A stretch of 64,000 bases of DNA, from contig NC_135656.1 of assembly GCF_964188315.1 (NCBI RefSeq), positions 58,156,001 to 58,220,000 of the forward strand. The letters are read 5' to 3'. The position numbers were made by a program, and so were the translations under genes. Under the pieces are notes generated by a model. That model was not told the DNA's origin, ran no database searches, and worked only from the letters and a program-made list of their open reading frames with translations. Shown here one piece after another: positions 40,322 to 52,271 of the stretch. This stretch comes from Podarcis muralis (Eukaryota). The stretch's first letter is position 1. The number at the start of each line of letters is the position of its first letter.

Positions 40322-41468
40322 AACACTCCCCCCCCCAAACGGGACATTTCCTGAAAGGCTGAAGTATTCTAATAACGCACGGGGCTTTTTAATGTGCTCA
40401 GAGCAAACCCAGCCAGGAATGTTTCCTGTTTCAAACGACAAAAAAATCAGACAAATAATTACCCTTTGTGGAGAACCAACAAACCCAAGATGTCTTTAAA
40501 CACAGCTAAATTGACAACCCGGTGACTCTGCTGAGGAGAACGGTCAACGACCAATATTTAATAATGGTAATTATAAACGTTTCAAGAACTTCGTCCGCGC
40601 CCGATAAAACCCCCATTAAGAAAAACGGAACCCAGGCAAGTGCAATCCACAAGTCAGCTAAGCGGAGCTAACCACGACATCGGCTAAAATCCTTTCTGCT
40701 TCTGAGTTTAGCTGCGGATCCGTATGTATATTCACTCTAGAAAGTTTTATAGGAGGTTTTTTTTTTTTAAAAAAAATCTAATCATCATTATAAAACAGTT
40801 TTCACTGACTCCCCCCGAGTCGACACTCTATGGAAAGTGAGCCTCGTAGAAGGCGATCCTGCACCCATTGGCCCTGATGAAAACCCCGCTGGATTCCCCC
40901 TCCCCCTTGAGATCAAGTACTTGCAGGATCGCAGCACCCAAACAACATCCCCACCTTGAACATGTTTCTCTGGAAGTCAGAAAGCCACGGGACTTTATAC
41001 TTCCAAGTTCTTATCAGCGTGTGCCAGCTCCATCCATTATCTTCCCTGCAGTCATGGGGTCCAGAGAGCAAACAACGTCGCAGAGAAATAGCTCAGATAG
41101 GGCTGGTGATGCCTTTGCAGTTGTATTTGGGGGGAAAAACATCCCGCTTTATCTTAACACTAGTAGCAACTTGATAGGGGGGTGAGAGTCAAATATTCCC
41201 TTAAAGTCTTTTTTTTTGGGGGGGGGGGGAGAGAGAGCCGAGTTAATCAGCAGCACACGCAGAGTTCGAGATAGCGAGGCAAGAGTAAATAAAAGAAACG
41301 CGCCTCAATTAGTGCCTATAGAAATCCGCCCAACTAAAAAAGGGCTCAATGGACTTTACTAGAGTATTAAAAGCGACGCGGAGCCTAATGCCCAGGAAGA
41401 CACCCCCCTCTCCCCTCCCCCGCTTCCCTGCTATTCCGAATTTCTCTAGCGAATAGACACTGTCTTAC

Positions 41469-41514
41469 CTAAATCCACATAGGGAGGGATACTCTTGGGC
41501 AGACCCAGTTCCAT
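41469..41514 (-). CDS. PITX1: Putative alternative first coding micro-exon of Pitx1 (PITX2a-like; exon 41522-41469)
   Basis: TTGTTGTCTACACAG|ATTGTATT-ATG GAA CTG GGT CTG CCC AAG AGT ATC CCT CCC TAT GTG GAT TTA G|GTAAGA, giving MELGLPKSIPPYVDL+1 nt (46 nt, phase 1). Strong Kozak (A at -3, G at +4). In frame with exon 12384. Confidence 0.72.
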
Positions 41515-44485
41515 AATACAATCTGTGTAGACAACAAAACACACCGTAAATGAATCGCATGGGGATGCTCGTATGTGTGTGTATCTATGCATGCATGTTG
41601 GAAGGGTGAAACAGATAGATTTATACCAAAACCACGATTGTTATTTTTTAATGGAAAAATCCACATCCAATATTTCAGCTGAATGCCTTTTCTTAAGGGC
41701 CTATACCCAAGCCACCTCTTGCAAATAGGGGACACTTAGGTCCCGCTGATTTCACTGTTTAGGCACGTGCTTAGCTCACTTTAATGGAAATCAATGGAGG
41801 AATTAGGTTTGGCGGATCACGCCTGGGATTTATTGGGAAGTCGGCTCTACTGTCCCAAGGTATGTTAAGATAGCTCCCCTCCAAACAGAAAATCAAATGG
41901 CAGCGGCAAGTGTTTGACAGTCACTCTTGGAAAGCTGTATTTTAGCAAAAAGCTGCTTTCCCGCACACTGGATAGGGAGATTTTATAAAGCGAGCGGCTG
42001 CAGTCCTATTCCCCACTTATTCTGTGTTCCTCTGAGCACGGTGCGATTTACTTCCGAGTAAACATACAGAGTCGGGTTGCATTGGCGCAATCTAGAGCCA
42101 AGAGTGGATTTCCTACTAACTTGGACAGGATGCCAACCCCACATTCAAAACTACAGAAGCTGAATATCCCGTTTTTCCTTTTCTCCCCAGGGCTCCTCGT
42201 ACCTGATCGAGGTTTTCCGAATGGGGCGGGGTGTTGGGGGCAACGGGAGTACGAAAACACAAGATTAGGAAACTATGGGAATTTGCAGCTGGGCGCTTTC
42301 TTATCTTAGCAAGCAGTTAAATTTTTAAAAAGCCAAATAAAAGAACATTTCACCCGTCCACATAGTACTGTATTATCCAGACTGGAACTATTAAACAGAA
42401 GTAGTTTGCCACTCAATCTTAATATGTTTACTCATAAGTAAGTTCCATGGGATATATCTCCCAGGGTATGTTTAGGACTATATCTCAGGAGAGAGAGAGA
42501 GTGTGTGTGTAATTAAAATGAAAACCACACAACCAACACCTATCTATTCCCGGCTCCCCTCACTGTAATAGTAACAAGAATTTCCAGGGTGGATAACATG
42601 CAAAGAAACTAAAGATATTAGTCTAACCTCAAATTAGACAGGAACAGATTTAGAACCTTGACACAGATGTGTGTACACACATATACAGAAGTGTACACCA
42701 GGTAGCTTCTCTCTCTCTTATGGTGCTACTGCCTTATTCACAACAAAGGCAACAACTGTTGACAAATGCTTGGCTGATTGTTTTATTTATTTTTATTTTA
42801 CTCTACAATCCATTTTAAACCCCAGTGTTGTTTGGATTTAAAATGATTATGGGACTGGCACCCAGATTTTGATTTATTTTTTAAAAAAGTAATCAGCCTT
42901 GATAGAAATAGAACTTACTTCCAAGTAAAACTTAAGTCCTGAACAAACATACTTAGATGTCAGTTCTGTTTAAATAATGTAGCCTCTTCTATGTTTTAAT
43001 ACCAGGGTTTACTACGGAAACTTACATAAACTCAAGTAGTCTGCCTTAAGCTGTGCAAGGAGTGCAAAGAAAGCCAAGGAACTAATTTCTAGTAAGAGGA
43101 ACTAAGGATTATATTCAGCGTTTAACTAGGGCAGCAATTACTGTACATGGACGGGAAATGAACGTACATGCTTCATTATCAATAACACAAATCTCATTTA
43201 GGATTTAAGTCAGGACAGTTTTGATCGTGTATATATTTTTATTTAAATGGATATTTCCAGTTTAATAAAATAGCTTCCATTTAGGTTTTGAATGTGGAGA
43301 GTTTGATTTCCTATTTATTTTATTAAACCGTTTGTTTGCAGTTTAATAACTAGAACCAACAGTTATTTCGGTTTATGTAAAAAAAAAAAAAAGACATCGT
43401 CTTTGTAAGGCATCGGGTTTCCTACTTGATTTCTCTTTGGAGTAATGCATTCTTAGTTTTATTTGTTCTTCCTAAAGTCCTCCTAGACTTTTGGCAAATT
43501 ATTCGAGTTCTGGCGGATAAATCAGCGCTCTGAAAAAATCATTTGGACCTTAAGCTCTTGTCACATGACCTCTAGAAAAATACACCTGTGAAATATTAGG
43601 TTAGCCTTTTCAACTGCATATATATATTATAATAATACTTCAGGATCAAGTAGCTGCAGCTATAAAAAGAAAATCGAATTCCATAAAAATATAACATTTA
43701 TTAGCGACGTTCCGACGTGTTTCTTGTCATGCTGATCCACAACGCGCAGGAGACGAAATTGTCCCCTGCAGCCTTGACACTAGACAGCCCCGAGAACTGT
43801 CTCCCCTTGGCAAGAAGTTCTGGTTTGATTTCCATCTTTGCAGTATGCAAAATGAGGTAACCCCCTTGGAATTATTTTTTCGGGTATATTTGTCAGATTT
43901 GACGAAGCGCAGGAGCCCTCGAGAATTTATACAAGGTATAAAGAAGTCAAGGACTTGCAACTTCAAGGCTAAGCCCAGGCTGCAATTAGGAAAGCCGCGG
44001 GGACGGCGGCGACTTCGACGGGGAAAAAGGCCGAGGCAGCCAAGGAGAGAGAGGGCGGGGCCTGGCCGGGGTTGCCCGGCGAGCGACAGGATCCCTCCAG
44101 GCTGACAAAACCCGACGGGCGATCGGTCAAGGCGACTCCGCCGGACGGATCGTTCTGCGGGCCAGCTGATAACCTCGCTTTTTCATTCGCAAGAGAAATC
44201 CCCTTGGATGTGGGGTTAGGAACTCCAGATTCCGCCCCCCGCCCCCTTTCCAGATTTAAGCACTGCCCTCTAGAGTGGTGGTGGAGGAGAACCAAGGGGG
44301 TATATAAACAACGTGGGGTTTGGGGCGGGGGCAAAGGGGAAGCCTTCCCCGAGTCTCCCAAAACGATTGAGAGAAGGCTTCGAGCTCCCCTTGGACTACA
44401 ACAGACTCCGAGACCAGGAGCTCTGTGGAATCCGCAAACCGGCGACACCGGCCCGCCCCCGCGACCCGAGTAGCGAGGCGCTTAC

Positions 44486-45125
44486 CCTTGCTGGCGCCCC
44501 GGTCTTCTGGAGCGCCTCGTATGTTATCCCAGCAGAGAACGGGCTGCTAAAATTAGGATAGCAGCGGCGGGGGCGGCGGCCTCCTCCTCCTCCTCCTCAG
44601 CGCGCTCTAAGCGTCCTGCCAGGGTCCATGTCGACTCCGCTCTCCAAGCCTTTCGTGGGAAGCCGTCGGAGGGAGGCCCTTCCTTCCTTCCCTTCAGGGC
44701 GCTCCGGCCCAGCAGCAGCAGCCCTCCGCCTCCCGCCCCTCGCCTGCTCTGGTCCCCGGGCCCAGCAGGGAGCTGTGAGCAGCCGGCGCCGGGGGGTTGG
44801 CAGGTTTTCTCCCGGCGATCCCGCCGGCTCCTTCTGACGTCAGTCACCCAGGGTCCCACCACCAGCACACACGGTCGAGGAGTGGGGGAGGGGGGGAGAG
44901 AGAGACCCCTCCAGCCGAGAGCTGAGCCTTCCGCCGTGTATGCGTACCTTGCCCCGCGCCCTCGGTTTCTCTCTCGGACCCCGGCTCCCGCTTCCTGCAG
45001 TGCCGGCGGCCTCGAAGAACGTGATCCTTCCAATCCACCCCCCTCTTCCCGAAGGGGATCACCCTTTCCGGTGCGTGTCTGCCCTAGCAGAGGGCTGGTG
45101 CCAGTTGCCGAGGAGGCAGGAGGCG
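44486..45125 (-). other. Putative non-coding leader exon of a distal Pitx1 transcript (5' end approximate)
   Basis: Consensus donor CAAGG|GTAAGC at 44486/44485 at the edge of a CpG island. Minus-strand TATATAAAG at 45157-45149 places a TSS near 45125. Confidence 0.5.
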
Positions 45126-45440
45126 GCAACGGAGAAAATTCCCCCTGCCTTTATATATATACATATATATATATGGAGAGAGCGAAAGCTAGGAGATCCT
45201 GGAAAGAGGAGGGTAGGTTTGTTGGCCCACCTTTGGTTGGGGACCCTGCCTCGCCACGCTTTGGCAGAGAAGACATTCTTCTTGCAAAGGCGACCTCCTT
45301 TATCGCTTGTTATTCGGCCCCCCTCCTCCAGCAAGTCTCCTTGATCCCCCCTCGCCTATTCCCCTTTCCCCAATCAGGAGCAAAACGCGGAGGCCCCGAG
45401 CGGCCCTGATGAGGCACAGGGCCTACAAATTGGCTGCCTT
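44830..45440 (-). promoter_or_regulatory. Distal CpG-island promoter candidate
   Basis: Very high GC and CpG content. TATA box 45157-45150 (minus), CCAAT 45370-45374, ATTGG 45429-45433, palindromic CRE TGACGTCA 44835-44842. Confidence 0.55.
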
Positions 45441-48405
45441 CGTTTCCTTCTCTCAAATTGCCCCCTTCCACCCCTTGCAGCCCCCACCCCCAGCCGCCTG
45501 CTCGTTCCTTGCTCGCCACTGCCAGCGACAGACAACATTAACATTTCCTTTTTCCTTTTTCTTTCCTTGCCTTCTAGGGGATGATTATTATGGAGACCCT
45601 CACCCTGGCAGTGGATAACAAGGTCTTTGCCTGGGGATTTACAGGAGCAGGACTCCCTTCTCTTGCTAGGCCTAATCCTCCAGTTTCTCAAGTTAGCAAG
45701 GCCTTTTATTAAATCGCTGAATAACAGGATACAGCAACACACAGCCGAAGAAAGGACTAATAGGCCGGCGGGGGTCGGCGTGGTGGATTGGTGGGGGTTC
45801 GTAATAAGTGTTGCTAGCTTGCTGTTTCCTTATTGAAGCAAGAGCGAGCAAGCTCTCGATCATCCCATTGTGGCCAAGGCAGCAATCCTAAACTCTTTGC
45901 TAGGGAGGATGACCCATCGCACACATTAGAGCTTCCTTCTGCACAGGCTTGGCCCAACCTCCCCTATTTCCTGGGTTGAAGGGGACAGTGGTGAAGAAAA
46001 CTATAGCTTGTTTCCCTTTTCCTTTATGGAGGCAGCTTAGGAATGATGGTAAAGTTGGCAGGGGGTTGGTGGGGGGAGCTTAGCCTGCCTTGACAAAATG
46101 GCTTTAAGCCTAAGAGTCTTCCACTCCCCCCTTTTGGAGCTGATGATACAAAGAACCACCAGATTCTAGGTTTTGTACATAAATCACATATCCTGGTCTC
46201 GTGAGATTTAAGGCAAGGCAACTTCGGTCAAGGCAAGACTGACCCTCCTGAATTGGGGGATGCAGAGGAGCTAGGGGCCTGTTTGGAAAACAGGGTGGTG
46301 TGTGTGGGGGGCAGTGGTTTAGAAAAGTTGCAGTTGAGAACCTGGATTCAACACAAATCTGATTCTTAAGAACAGGTGTGCACAATGCAGTTTTTGAGCC
46401 AAACCATTTTAAGTGCAGATGATGATGATGATGATTTTCCTGCCTTTCACCTTAGAATCAAAGCACATAGTTCATAATACAGTTCATAATATACACTACA
46501 GTCTTCAAGATACTTGCTAGGAAGTAGTGCCATTGAACTCTGCAAGATGAATTTAGGATAAGGTTACCAGATTTTTTTCAGTGAATTTGGGGACACTTTT
46601 CAACTTCAATGGATTTTGTATGGGGACTGATTTGTAAATCCAGGAACTGCCCTCGGGAAACGGGGACGTCTGGTAAGCTTAATTTAGGACTTGGCGTATA
46701 CGTGTTTAGGACTATGGGTGGACTAGTTTCCTTCACTAGCTACTTAATTAAAAATGGATTTAAAACAATTACACCCTTATCCCCAAATTTGTTGTGTCAA
46801 CCATGATGCCTGCATTCCTCCAGAAAGCCATGGCAGCAGAAATGTTTAGAAAATGAGGTAACCAGCAAGCAACATACTCCAGTCTAATTAATGCACAAAG
46901 GGGTTAATGCCATAGAGTATGCACTCCCACCAGGCATAGCTATGTCACTTCCCCTCACCTTGGGAGGAAATAGGTAATCATTCCTATTGCCCCTAGTCTA
47001 CCTGAGAAACTCACTGTGTGAGGAGGTTTGAACTGGTTGCTGCAGCTCAACTGCTTGGCTCTTACCAGCCACTCTTGAGTTCCTATACCAATAATCTAGG
47101 AATTTTTACCACTTTGTAACTAAGCTAAGTTTTACTGCCTGTGCAAGTTTTCTGACTGATGTATGGAAAAGTACACGAACCAGATATTTGAAGAGTTTGT
47201 AAATAAACCAATTTTTAACTTACCAAACGTGTGGTCTTTTCCTATGCTGCTGGAAGGGAACTTACGGTACTTGAAAGGACATAGTTTAAAGGTCTAACAG
47301 CCGATATTTCCACACTTTACTTGCTGCATATTTTGTAACTTTAAATCTCTGCTGGGGTTCTCACAAAGCAGTACTTTTCCCAAACTTGGATTTTGGCATC
47401 TAGGAATTCTCTCATTCCCTGCTCCCCCCCCAACAGCATAGAATTTGTAGTGGTCTATGTGGACTAATTGCAAACTAAAATACCTGTATTTAAGAACCCT
47501 GAATCCATTATGTGGAGACAGGCTCTAGTGACATAACTGGATTTATTTCCACGCAAGCTTCAGGAGAATCGAGCGTTAGTGCTGTTACTTCTATTCTTCT
47601 TTGCCCTCTGTTCAACAAAATATGGATTTAAAGTCAGACTTGTTGAAATTAGTGGGGCTGCCATGCTAGGTGCAGTCTATCCAGTCTTCACTGAAATTGG
47701 AAAAACTGGACTATACTAAACATTGGAGTATGGGCCCATTTAAAGAAGTAGGAGTTAGTGCACATCATAGGCACAATCCAACACAGAGTTAGGTACACAT
47801 AAACCCATTGAAATCAATTAGTTAAGCAGGCCTAAGCTTAATTAGGATGAAGGCCTAGTTTAATTTACTTCTAAAAAACAGAAGGCTGCAATCTTCTGTT
47901 CACTTACCTGTGAGTAAACATCATTGATGTCAATGGGACTTGCTTTTGAGTTGATATGTCTAGGATTGTACAGTAAGACTGCTATAATATGCATATTTAC
48001 TTGGGAGTAAGTCCCATTGAAGACATGCACGAGTTACTTCCAAGTAAATATGATTGGATTAAGCCTGTATGTGTAACTGGGCTTCTTACTTATTTTAATA
48101 TAGTAAGATAGGGCTTTTATCTGAAATAAGTAATACTGTACATTAACTCAATAGTAATTCCGAGAAAGAGGTGGTAGAGAGATACTATGATACAAGAGAG
48201 GCAGACCCCATCTGTACTACACAGTGGCATCATAACACTAAACAGTCATGGCTTCCCCCAAAGACTCCATGGAATTGTAGTTTGTTGAGAGTGTTGAGCT
48301 TTGTTAAGAGACCCCTATTCACCCCCCACCCAAGCTACAGTTTCCAGAGTGGTTTTAACAATCCCTATTCCCAGGGAGCTCTGGTCTCTGAAATAATCTG
48401 TATGC

Positions 48406-48644
48406 AGTTCGAAAGCACCCCCGGGTGCAAGTAGATAAATAGGGACCGCTTACTAGCGGGAAGGTAAACGGCGTTTCCGTGTGTGGCTCTGGCTCGCCAG
48501 AGCAGCGATGTCACGCTGGCCACGTGACCCGGAAGTGTCTGCGGACAGCGCTGGCCCCTGGCCTCTTGAGTGAGATGGGCGCACAACCCTAGAGTCTGGC
48601 AAGACTGGCCCGTACGGGCAGGGGTACCTTTACCTTTACCTTTA
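48406..48644 (+). mobile_element. Sauria SINE, 5'-truncated, different subfamily
   Basis: GTGCAAGTAGATAAATAGG...GGAAGGTAAACGGCGTTTCCGTG core and (ACCTTT)n tail; the 3' body diverges from the other copies. Confidence 0.85.
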
Positions 48645-50171
48645 TATCTTAATGACTGCATCTTTCCATCAGGTCTAGACATTAGAGCTTGCAAGAGAGC
48701 TGCTTCCAAATAAGAGAACTGCACCTTTAGAGTGGCAGAGATTTCTAAGGAAGATTTTGGAGAGATTTATAGTGCACGGTCTGGGGCATATTTAGTGTAA
48801 AGCTAAGGGTACACATTTGGGGAAAGTAGTAGAGCACAAGCTGTGCATGTAAGAAGTCCCAGAGTCAATCCTTGTTGTCTCCTGACAGGGCTGAGGAAGA
48901 CTCCCATCTGAAATAATAGCCACTGCCAATCAGTGTGGACAGTACTAAGCTAGATGGACCAATGGTGTGACTTGATATAAGGCAACTTCCTATGTCCCTC
49001 AGCTTCATGCTGTCTTATAATTCTGCATTTTGATTGTGGAATACAGCTCCAGTGAAACACAATCTCAGAACTGGGTCTGGATCTGACAGTTACGCAAGAT
49101 ACGTTATGGAATTCAGAGGGTAAATAAACCAAGGCCTAGCTAAGCTGGGAGTCCTGTTATGATGCAATCACTGGGCAGTGCTTTCCTATGGAGAATATGA
49201 GCAGGACTTCTGGAAAATTCCTTACAGTGCAGCCGCAGCAAGGGGAAAATTGGCCAGGTTCCAATTCTGGACAGCTTTAAAATACCGTTGTATAACTAAG
49301 GAGAGCAGAATGAGTACATTCTCCATTCCAGGTGTACAGAATTGATGGGTTAGGAAAAAGATGGCTGCTCCTTGGAGCCTGTTTATCCAGAAGAAGAAGA
49401 GTATGATCCAGAAATAATGGGCGTAACAAGTTGTGCCCTTTATTTATTAATTTAATATTGGTAACAGTCTCCAAGACTGTAGAAGCAGTACACAGTACTC
49501 AAATTTGCCACTTCTTCTTCCTTCCAGCCAGGATGTTGCATTTACTGAAAGGATTCGGTTCATATTCACAAATTTGCATATAGTTTGTTTATGCTGTTTC
49601 TTATATGTAGCGGCCTCTGGGAAATTAAGAAGAAGGGTGGCTAGGATTTCATCAGCCACCTAGAAGCAAATGTTTTAAACAAAGTTGTTTTTTTTAAAAA
49701 GGAAGGGCAGGAGATTCGAAAGCAGAAAGGACACAGGGCTTGGACACCCATGACCACTTTCTAAGAATGTCCCTGCTTCCTTCCTTCTCAAGCACCCAGT
49801 GCTGCCAGGGCACTTAATATCCCAAGGAGGGAGTAAGTTTTTCAGTTTGCATGTAAGAAAGGGCATCTTTTGGAGTTTCTCAAGCACATCACGGAGGTCC
49901 ATGAGAAAACCTCACCTGAGCTTCCCTCTTGTTCTGCATATAAAGCAAAATGAGAGTATTCAATATGGAAAGGATCATAAAGATAAATAGCATTAAATGA
50001 GGAACAGTCCAACTGCACACTCACCGTTTGTTCAACAGGGAAAGAGTAAATGGAATTCACATGCCAGGCATTAGCCGATTCTTAGATGGTATGATAATAT
50101 TAATGTTAATATTTTATGGGTTGCTTGAGCTTTTGAAAGGCACTAGAAGGGTGGGGTTAATATGGGATGGC

Positions 50172-50173
50172 TG

Positions 50174-50220
<47 letters not shown>
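50172..50220. repeat. (GC)4(AC)20 alternating purine-pyrimidine tract
   Basis: Direct reading. Confidence 0.95.
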
Positions 50221-50222
<2 letters not shown>

Positions 50223-51916
50223 TGTGAGACATTTTGGCACAAGAGCCTACCCAATACAACAAGGTGATATGAAGGTCATAAAAACTCATTGGGGAGCTCA
50301 TAAATTAATGCATTTTACTGGTTTAATGCAGGCAACTAATAATGTGTTTCCTGTTTGGCTGGGAGTCCCCATTGCACTGTGGCAGCTGTTTTAAAGGGGA
50401 TGTGAAATTAAAGAGAGCAAAAGGCGATTGTCCCTAAATCAGTGCTTAATAGAGTGTTATTAGGAAGTCTTCTTTTATTCCCCCCCCTTCTTTAAACTCC
50501 CCTCAAACGGATCATACACAGACATCCTCCAAATGGAAAAGGAGAAGGGGGCATTTCCTGGCGTGGGTTGCATTCCCAGGAATGTGGTGAGAATGAAAAG
50601 CCACCAGGAGAGAAACACCCCAGAAAGATAGGCAGAAAACAATAATTACAGTCTATGTACCCACCTCTTCTCCTTCACTCTTTACTTAGACTGAGATGAT
50701 TGTTGAGACATCCAAGTGAGGTCTGTGGTCTAGCTCAGTTCCCCTTCATCCCTGCTAAGATGTCAGTTGTAAGTACACTTCAGAGGAAGTTCCACTGTTG
50801 CAAAATTCTAGGTATATTCAGAGCCAACTCACACCTGTATTTCAGAGTTTGTATAGGTGATGCGGGGTGTATGGGGTGTTAGGGGAGGGGTGATTTAGGT
50901 ACTTCCCCTGAATGCCAAGACAGGCTCTGGCGGATTGAGAAGGTGGTTTCTGCACATGCTGTAGAGGGAACTGAGGGGCAGATGGGGCTTGTCAACCTGG
51001 GAAGGTAGCTTATCTAGGAGAAGGAAAACTCTGATCCTAACCCTCCTCTGCCTTGTGGGACATCTTCAGGAGAAGAAAAGGCTAAGGAGTAAACCCTACA
51101 CCAGTGGTTTTCAACCAGTGTACCATGGCACTCTGGGGTGCCTTGAATGAGGTGCTGTGGGCAACACTGGCCTTCTTTCCTTCCCTCCCTCCTCTGATGC
51201 CCTCTCACGTCTCTGATTCCCAAAGGCTTGCACAGCTGTTTATTGCAGCAGCCCTGGCTATAAGCTCCACAGGTGTATAGTGCCTCTAGGAGGTATCTCT
51301 CTTGAGTGGGGGGCAGTTCAAAGACCAGGGATGGCAGCATTAGCTGCTCAGAGGACTCCCAAGGTGAGGGGAGAGGAGAGGAGGCTGAGGGAATACTTCA
51401 CAAGGGAAGGTGTTGGAAAAAAGGTGAGAGGCTGTCAGCTTTGCAGGCAAGGGGTGACATAACTGCACTCTTGAGTCCCACAGGGGTGCCGCAGAGATAA
51501 TGTAGTTGGTCAAGGGACTCAAAAAGGTTGAAAAGCTCTGCCCTACACAAATCCGGAGTGGACTCCCTAAGGCGGTTGGATGGCACCTTGTATGCCTCCT
51601 TCCGGCAACTCCTGTAGCCAAGCTGGTGCCAACGTATTGCTCTGCTTTCCTTTGGACCACATCAGCGAGGCTGGGGGTGTGTGTGTGTCGTGTCATCTGG
51701 GCAGCCCAGGACCTCCATACACACTGCCCAGGCTTGTGTCTTGCAGAGGTCACTTCAGTGCTGTTAATGCAGCTGTTTGACTTCACCCCTGGAGGCATAC
51801 TCCATTGTCTCTTGAGACAGGTGGATGCCAACCAGTAGGTGATGCAGGTGGAACTGTACTGCCCTGCTGCCTGTGGGGAGACATTTGTGTGAAATTTAGC
51901 AAAGTCTACCATTCCA

Positions 51917-52271
51917 GGGACGCAGGTGGTGCTGTGGGTTAAACCACAGAGCCTAGGACTTGCCGATCAGAAGGTCGGCGGTTCGAATCCCTGCGACGGG
52001 GTGAGCTCCTATTGCTTGGTTCCAGCTCCTGCCAACCTAGCAGTCTGAAAGCACGTCAAAGTGCAAGTAGATAAATAGGTACCGCTTCGGCAGGAAGGTA
52101 AACGGCATTTCCCTGTGCTGCTCTGGTTCACCAGAAGCGGCTTAGTCATGTTGGCCACATGACCCAGAAGCTGTACGCCGGTTCCCTTGGCCAGTAAAAC
52201 AAGATGAGCGTCGCAACCCCAGAGTCGGTCACGACTGGACCTAATGGTCAGGGGTCCCTTTACCTTTACCT
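51917..52271 (+). mobile_element. Sauria SINE, full length with target-site duplication
   Basis: tRNA-like head (GGTTCGAATCC B-box) and ACCTTT tail. Flanking direct repeat TACCATTCCA at 51907-51916 and 52272-52281. Confidence 0.95.

Noticed and set aside
40866-40970. Another open phase-1 cassette candidate below the a-type exon (EKHVQGGDVVWV...)
   Set aside because: Weak donor (GTGCAG) and no resemblance to any Pitx exon.
45084-45097. CTCF-like motif CTAGCAGAGGGCTG
   Set aside because: Two mismatches to the core; not supportable without ChIP data or a scored PWM.
44524-45129. 201-aa minus-strand ORF in the distal island
   Set aside because: Non-ATG (TTG) start, low complexity, and typical of stop-poor CpG islands.
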